Shown: positions 47,648 to 51,888 of the stretch, one piece after another
Layout of the letters: each line of letters starts with the position of its first letter
Numbering within the stretch: the first letter of the stretch is position 1
Assembly: GCA_038447835.1 (NCBI GenBank)
Contig: JAWNZB010000001.1
Span: 1-51,888, forward strand
From: Candidatus Igneacidithiobacillus chanchocoensis
GTDB taxonomy: Bacteria > Pseudomonadota > Gammaproteobacteria > Acidithiobacillales > Acidithiobacillaceae
Reading direction: 5' to 3'
DNA length: 51,888 nucleotides
Translations under genes and position numbers: made by a program
Notes under the pieces: model-generated
Told to the model about the DNA's origin: nothing
The model's database searches: none
What the model saw: only the letters and a program-made list of their open reading frames with translations

Positions 47648-47722
47648 CATTATCCCGCACCGGCAACCGATGGGTTCTTGTACTATACTTTTATAGTATT
47701 AGTCAGAACAGAGGAAAAAGCC

Positions 47723-47932
47723 ATGAAGCTTATCGATTCTCCTAGCGAGAATATTCGAATCGAGTTTGATAAAAAGGATCTCGACAAGATTGTTGAGCCG
47801 ATCATCAAAAATGCCGAGCAGTTTTCGTCAACTCCACTCGATATGGCCTATTTATTGGCCGAGCAAAATTATCGGATTGACGATCACTTTCAGCAACCCG
47901 AAGGAATTTTCGACGGAGGTAAGGCATCATGA
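47723..47932 (+). CDS. Small hypothetical protein (69 aa), paralog 1
   Basis: GAGG RBS; overlaps the next ORF by ATGA; aligns with the neighbour. Confidence 0.7.
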   Translation: MKLIDSPSENIRIEFDKKDLDKIVEPIIKNAEQFSSTPLDMAYLLAEQNYRIDDHFQQPEGIFDGGKAS

Positions 47933-48138
47933 AAATCGTTACAGAAACGGATAGCGGCGCCACCCTCGAGCTGAGTTTGGAAGAGGCACGAGAAATTGCT
48001 GTCGAACTGGAGAAGAACGCCAAAATCGTCGGTGCTGCCGGTGCGGAATTTCGTAAACTGCTCCCGGAGGCAACGGATGTGCCAGAAGGTGTCCTCCGTT
48101 ACGAGTACAGCGGCGCTGAGGATCTGCGCGAGGCCTGA
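47929..48138 (+). CDS. Small hypothetical protein (69 aa), paralog 2
   Basis: GGAGGT RBS; translational coupling; aligns with the neighbour. Confidence 0.7.
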   Translation: MKIVTETDSGATLELSLEEAREIAVELEKNAKIVGAAGAEFRKLLPEATDVPEGVLRYEYSGAEDLREA

Positions 48139-48174
48139 AGCTGCCTCCCAGAGAGTCAGCGCCACCTCTCGGCC

Positions 48175-49017
48175 TCAACTGGTAGGCAGAAGGAAAGCAG
48201 GTGCCACCATGGCAGCGGCCTGCATTCCGGCATGGTAGTATTGCAGCCCCGACATCTGCTCGGCGTCCTGGCGCCGGAAGGCGTCGCGAGCGATCCCCTT
48301 GCGCGCCAGGGTCGCACTCCACCAGCCGGAAGGGTAGGCAAATTGCGGGAAGTAGACGGTGTCTACGGAGTCAAAGCCGGCGCCACTCATGCGACGCTGG
48401 CATTGGCGGATGAGGTTTGCATGCAACAGCGGTGACTCCGACTGTGTTACCAAGACCCCCTGCTCGCCCAAGGCCCGCCAACAGGCGGCGTAGAATTCCT
48501 CGGCAAAAAGACCTGCCGCAGGACCCACCGGATCGGTAGAATCGACGATGATCAGATCATAGCTACCCTGTTTGGCGTGCTCCACCCAAGCGATACCATC
48601 CTGAAAATGAAAGCGCGCCCGCGAATCGTCGTTGCGCTCACACAGTAGCGGGAAAAAGCGCTCGGCCACTCGCGTTACCCGCTCATCGAGTTCCACCTGC
48701 TCTGCCAGCTCAACGGTAGGATGGCGCAGCACCTCGCGCAGGGTGCCGCAATCACCGCCACCGATGATCAGCACCCGCTTCGGGTCGGGGTGGGTAAACA
48801 GCGCCGGATGCGTCATCATCTCGTGGTAGAGAAAGTTGTCACGATCGGTAAGCATAACCAGGCCATCCAGGGTCATCAGCGTACCAAAATGCTCGGTCTC
48901 GAAAATCTCGATGGTCTGATACGGACTCTGCTCCCGGTGCAGGACTTCCCGCACCTTGAGACTCAAGGCCGCGCCGTGTTCTTCGTAGCGTTCGGTGTAC
49001 CACAATTCGGTGCTCAT
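48175..49017 (-). CDS. speE: Spermidine synthase (polyamine aminopropyltransferase)
   Basis: QSPYQ, LDG, YHEMM.HP, VLIIGGGDCG, DSTDPVGP. Confidence 0.93.
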   Translation of the reverse strand: MSTELWYTERYEEHGAALSLKVREVLHREQSPYQTIEIFETEHFGTLMTLDGLVMLTDRDNFLYHEMMTHPALFTHPDPKRVLIIGGGDCGTLREVLRHPTVELAEQVELDERVTRVAERFFPLLCERNDDSRARFHFQDGIAWVEHAKQGSYDLIIVDSTDPVGPAAGLFAEEFYAACWRALGEQGVLVTQSESPLLHANLIRQCQRRMSGAGFDSVDTVYFPQFAYPSGWWSATLARKGIARDAFRRQDAEQMSGLQYYHAGMQAAAMVAPAFLLPTS

Positions 49018-49081
49018 CAGGATCCTCAGTGCTGGGATAGGGCGCCAGTATAGCCAAGGAAAGCAACTGCGCTCCAGCGCC

Positions 49082-49621
49082 TCAGTCGTCGATACCCCAG
49101 GCCTCCTGGCGCTCACGAATCCACTCGGCCAATTCCTTGGCCGGATGAAAGATCGGCACCAGACGATGGGCCTCCTCGGCGGCCTGACGAGCACGACGCA
49201 GTTGTCCAAGATGCAGGTAATAACGCGCCAGGTTCATGTAGGCCAAGTGGGCGCGATCAAAATGGCGACTGCGCAATGCTCGGCGAATGGGAAAAAGTGC
49301 TTCCTCGACTCGCCCACTCTCCATCAAATATTCCCCGAGATCATTCCAAGCGACCCCCCATTCTGGATCGAAGGCGATGGCCTTGCGCGAGGCCGAGATC
49401 GCTCCGTGCACGTCGCCGGAAGCCGCCAAGGCCCAAGCATAGAAGGTCCAGAACAGGGGCAGCTCCGGTTCTTGCTCGAGAGCCTTGCGAAAGGACTGCA
49501 CGGCCTCGGCAAAATGCCCAGTCTGCTGCCAATCCAAGCCCTCGACAAAGTCTGCATTGCGCTCGGCTGCCTCCTGAATCTGTGCATCCAGAGAAAACGG
49601 CGGTTCCTGTGATGTCTTCAT
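49082..49621 (-). CDS. Tetratricopeptide repeat protein
   Basis: TPR patterns (AVQSFRKALEQEP, AIAFDPEWGVAWNDLG, AYMNLARYY); overlaps the tsaD stop. Confidence 0.8.
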   Translation of the reverse strand: MKTSQEPPFSLDAQIQEAAERNADFVEGLDWQQTGHFAEAVQSFRKALEQEPELPLFWTFYAWALAASGDVHGAISASRKAIAFDPEWGVAWNDLGEYLMESGRVEEALFPIRRALRSRHFDRAHLAYMNLARYYLHLGQLRRARQAAEEAHRLVPIFHPAKELAEWIRERQEAWGIDD

Positions 49622-50616
49622 AACTCCTCCAAAGACCAACGGGGACGCACCCGGCAGGGCGACGTGGCGTTGCCGGCAGAGGCCAAATGCACGGCTCCGG
49701 CGAGGGCAATCATGGCCGCATTATCGGTACTGTGGCGGATACTCGGAAAATGGACTACCGCACCGTGCAATTTTTCCCGTAACCGCTCGCGCAAGAGACG
49801 ATTGGCGCTCACCCCACCGGCAACGATAAGGTGCTCGAAACCTGCCTGTTCGAGGGCGCGCCGACACTTTTCCACCAGAGTCTCGACCACCGCCAGCTGA
49901 AAACTCGCGGCCAAATCCGCCCGGCTTTGCATATCGTCTGGTAACAACTTCCCTGCCTGTAATCGGAAGGCCGTCTTCAGACCACTAAAGCTAAAATCCA
50001 GGCCCGGCCGATCCAGCATTGGTCGCGGCAGGGGATACCGCCGAGGATCGCCCTGGTCTGCCAAGGCCGCAAGCGCCGGCCCGCCAGGATAGGGTAGCCC
50101 CAAAATCTTTGCTGCCTTATCAAAGGCTTCGCCCGCAGCGTCATCCAGCGTATCACCAAGCAATTGGTAATCTCCCAAGGCGCGCATGGCAATGAGTTGG
50201 CTGTGTCCACCAGACACCAGTAGAGCGACGGCAGGCAAAGGCAGCTCGCCTTCGAGCAGGGGCGCCAAAAGATGCCCCTCGAGGTGATGCACCGAAATTA
50301 GGGGCACGCCCCAGGCAAAGGCGAGGGCGCGGGCAAAGCTCACTCCCACAAGTAAAGCGCCGATCAAGCCCGGCCCGGTAGTAACCGCCACTGCATCCGC
50401 CCGCGCCAAGCCGCTACGCGTTTGCAGTTCGCGCCACAGTAAAGGCAAGCGTCGCACGTGATCGCGTGCCGCCAATTCCGGAACTACCCCGCCAAAGGGG
50501 GCATGGATTTCCGTTTGACTAAAAAGCACTTCAGCATGCAGACCGACTCCCCTTTCGTAAAAGGCGAGGCCGGTCTCGTCACAAGAACTCTCTACGCCAA
50601 GCACCAGATCAGCCAC
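49618..50616 (-). CDS. tsaD: tRNA N6-threonylcarbamoyladenosine transferase TsaD
   Basis: GVESSCDET, GGVVPELAAR, HHLEGH, LVSGGH, DDAAGEAFDK, FSFSGLKT, TDNAAMI. Confidence 0.96.
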   Translation of the reverse strand: MADLVLGVESSCDETGLAFYERGVGLHAEVLFSQTEIHAPFGGVVPELAARDHVRRLPLLWRELQTRSGLARADAVAVTTGPGLIGALLVGVSFARALAFAWGVPLISVHHLEGHLLAPLLEGELPLPAVALLVSGGHSQLIAMRALGDYQLLGDTLDDAAGEAFDKAAKILGLPYPGGPALAALADQGDPRRYPLPRPMLDRPGLDFSFSGLKTAFRLQAGKLLPDDMQSRADLAASFQLAVVETLVEKCRRALEQAGFEHLIVAGGVSANRLLRERLREKLHGAVVHFPSIRHSTDNAAMIALAGAVHLASAGNATSPCRVRPRWSLEEL

Positions 50617-51415
50617 TTGCCACCTCTCCCGCCGCCCGCGCGCGCAAGGTCTGCAGTTCCCACTCCGAAAAACCCGCAGCCAAGCGGGCGGCAACGGCAA
50701 AATCGCCACCCGGGCGACCGCGATAGTGGCGATCGAGCAGCGCAAAAAAATGCTGCTCCGAGTCTAGACCACGCTCGTTGCAGAGCCAGCGAAACCAGTA
50801 GGAACCGACGGCCACATGCCCCACCTCCTCGCGCTCGATGACCGCAAGAACGGCATCGGCCTGACGATCGCCAAGGACCTGCAAACGCGCGCGGATACCC
50901 GGTGTAGCGTCGAGTCCACGGGCCTCGAGCACCCGCGGCACGAGTGCCATTCGCTTTACCGGATCGTCTGCTGTCTCGAGCGCCATTTCCCAGAGACCGT
51001 CGTGCGCCGGCAAGTCACCATAATCGCCGCCCATCTCCCGCAACAACGCGCGCAATGCCGCAAAATGCGCAGCCTCTTCTTTGGCTACTTGCAGCCAATC
51101 GGCGTAATAGGCGTCGGGCAATCCAGGGAAGGCGCAGGCGGCATCGAGAGCGAGATTGATCGCGTTGAATTCAATGTGCGCCAAGGCATGTAAAAGGGCA
51201 AAGCGTCCGGCCGACGAGCCGATATTGCGGCGTCGCGGTACATCCCGGGGTGCTACCAGGCGAAGATGCGCAGGCCTTCCTGGGAGTTGGGGTGTGGGCA
51301 GGCCAACCCAGTCTTGCGCCGCAACCACTACAGGCAAAGCCCCCACCGCCATCAGCTTGGCCTCGAGGTCGCTTTCCAGGAGGGCTGCGCGTATCTGCTC
51401 TTGCTCTGCTTGCAT
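50609..51415 (-). CDS. DUF455 family ferritin-like protein
   Basis: PGRP, LHALAHIEFNAINLALD, EEAAHF, VPRVLEARGLD, EEVGHV. Confidence 0.85.
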   Translation of the reverse strand: MQAEQEQIRAALLESDLEAKLMAVGALPVVVAAQDWVGLPTPQLPGRPAHLRLVAPRDVPRRRNIGSSAGRFALLHALAHIEFNAINLALDAACAFPGLPDAYYADWLQVAKEEAAHFAALRALLREMGGDYGDLPAHDGLWEMALETADDPVKRMALVPRVLEARGLDATPGIRARLQVLGDRQADAVLAVIEREEVGHVAVGSYWFRWLCNERGLDSEQHFFALLDRHYRGRPGGDFAVAARLAAGFSEWELQTLRARAAGEVASG

Positions 51416-51421
51416 ACGCGC

Positions 51422-51450
51422 ATTATGAGCGTCTTTTGGGCGCAGACCAA
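51422..51450 (-). promoter_or_regulatory. Putative promoter for a leaderless DUF455 mRNA
   Basis: TTGGTC-17 nt-CATAAT-6 nt-ATG with no SD sequence. Confidence 0.5.
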
Positions 51451-51451
51451 G

Positions 51452-51484
51452 AAAAAATCCCCACTTCCAAGGAAGCGGGGATTT
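51452..51484 (-). terminator. rRNA operon terminator
   Basis: AAATCCCCGCTTCC-TT-GGAAGTGGGGATTT then T-run on the minus strand just after 5S. Confidence 0.88.
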
Positions 51485-51493
51485 CGGTGTAGG

Positions 51494-51612
51494 CGTCTGG
51501 CGGTGACCGACTTTCGCGGGGGGAGGCCCCCCACTATCATAGGCGCTGCAGCGTTTCACGGTCCTGTTCGGGATGGGAAGGGGTGGTTCCACTGCGCTAT
51601 GGCCGCCAGACA
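51494..51612 (-). rRNA. rrf: 5S rRNA
   Basis: Minus strand TGTCTGGCGGCCATAGCG...CCCATCCCGAAC..GTGAAAC...CCGCCAGAC; ends approximate. Confidence 0.96.
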
Positions 51613-51669
51613 AAAGAAACTTTGCCTTGTGGGCGTGGAGAAGGGAAGGGAAGGTATTGGGGTGATATA

Positions 51670-51888
<219 letters not shown>

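Noticed and set aside
47681-47698. LexA box interpretation of the palindrome
   Set aside because: Lacks the CTGT-N8-ACAG core and spacing

Overview
GC-rich proteobacterial chromosome segment. Gene content and order suggest an Acidithiobacillus-like acidophile, which is an inference only. In order: the 3' end of sspA, an acyl-CoA ligase, rnpB, a complete dcw cluster (mraZ to ftsZ, with murB and ddl but no lpxC), a few small accessory genes, and a full but divergent 13-gene complex I (nuoA-N, fused nuoCD) ending in a GT-C glycosyltransferase. The main highlight follows: a fluoride (crcB-class) riboswitch with its own sigma70 promoter and overlapping terminator heads an operon encoding a six-gene hydrogenase-4-like membrane complex whose large subunit lacks the Ni-binding cysteines (Ehr type), followed directly by the fluoride channel Fluc/CrcB, a DUF190 PII-like protein and a Zn-ribbon/HEAT gene. 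This looks like an energy-coupled fluoride/HF defence system. Downstream are cfa, a histidine phosphatase, two 69-aa paralogous small proteins, then on the minus strand speE, a TPR protein, tsaD, a DUF455 ferritin-like gene, 5S rRNA and the 3' end of 23S rRNA. No mobile element or CRISPR array was seen. All calls come from reading motifs by eye; no searches were run.
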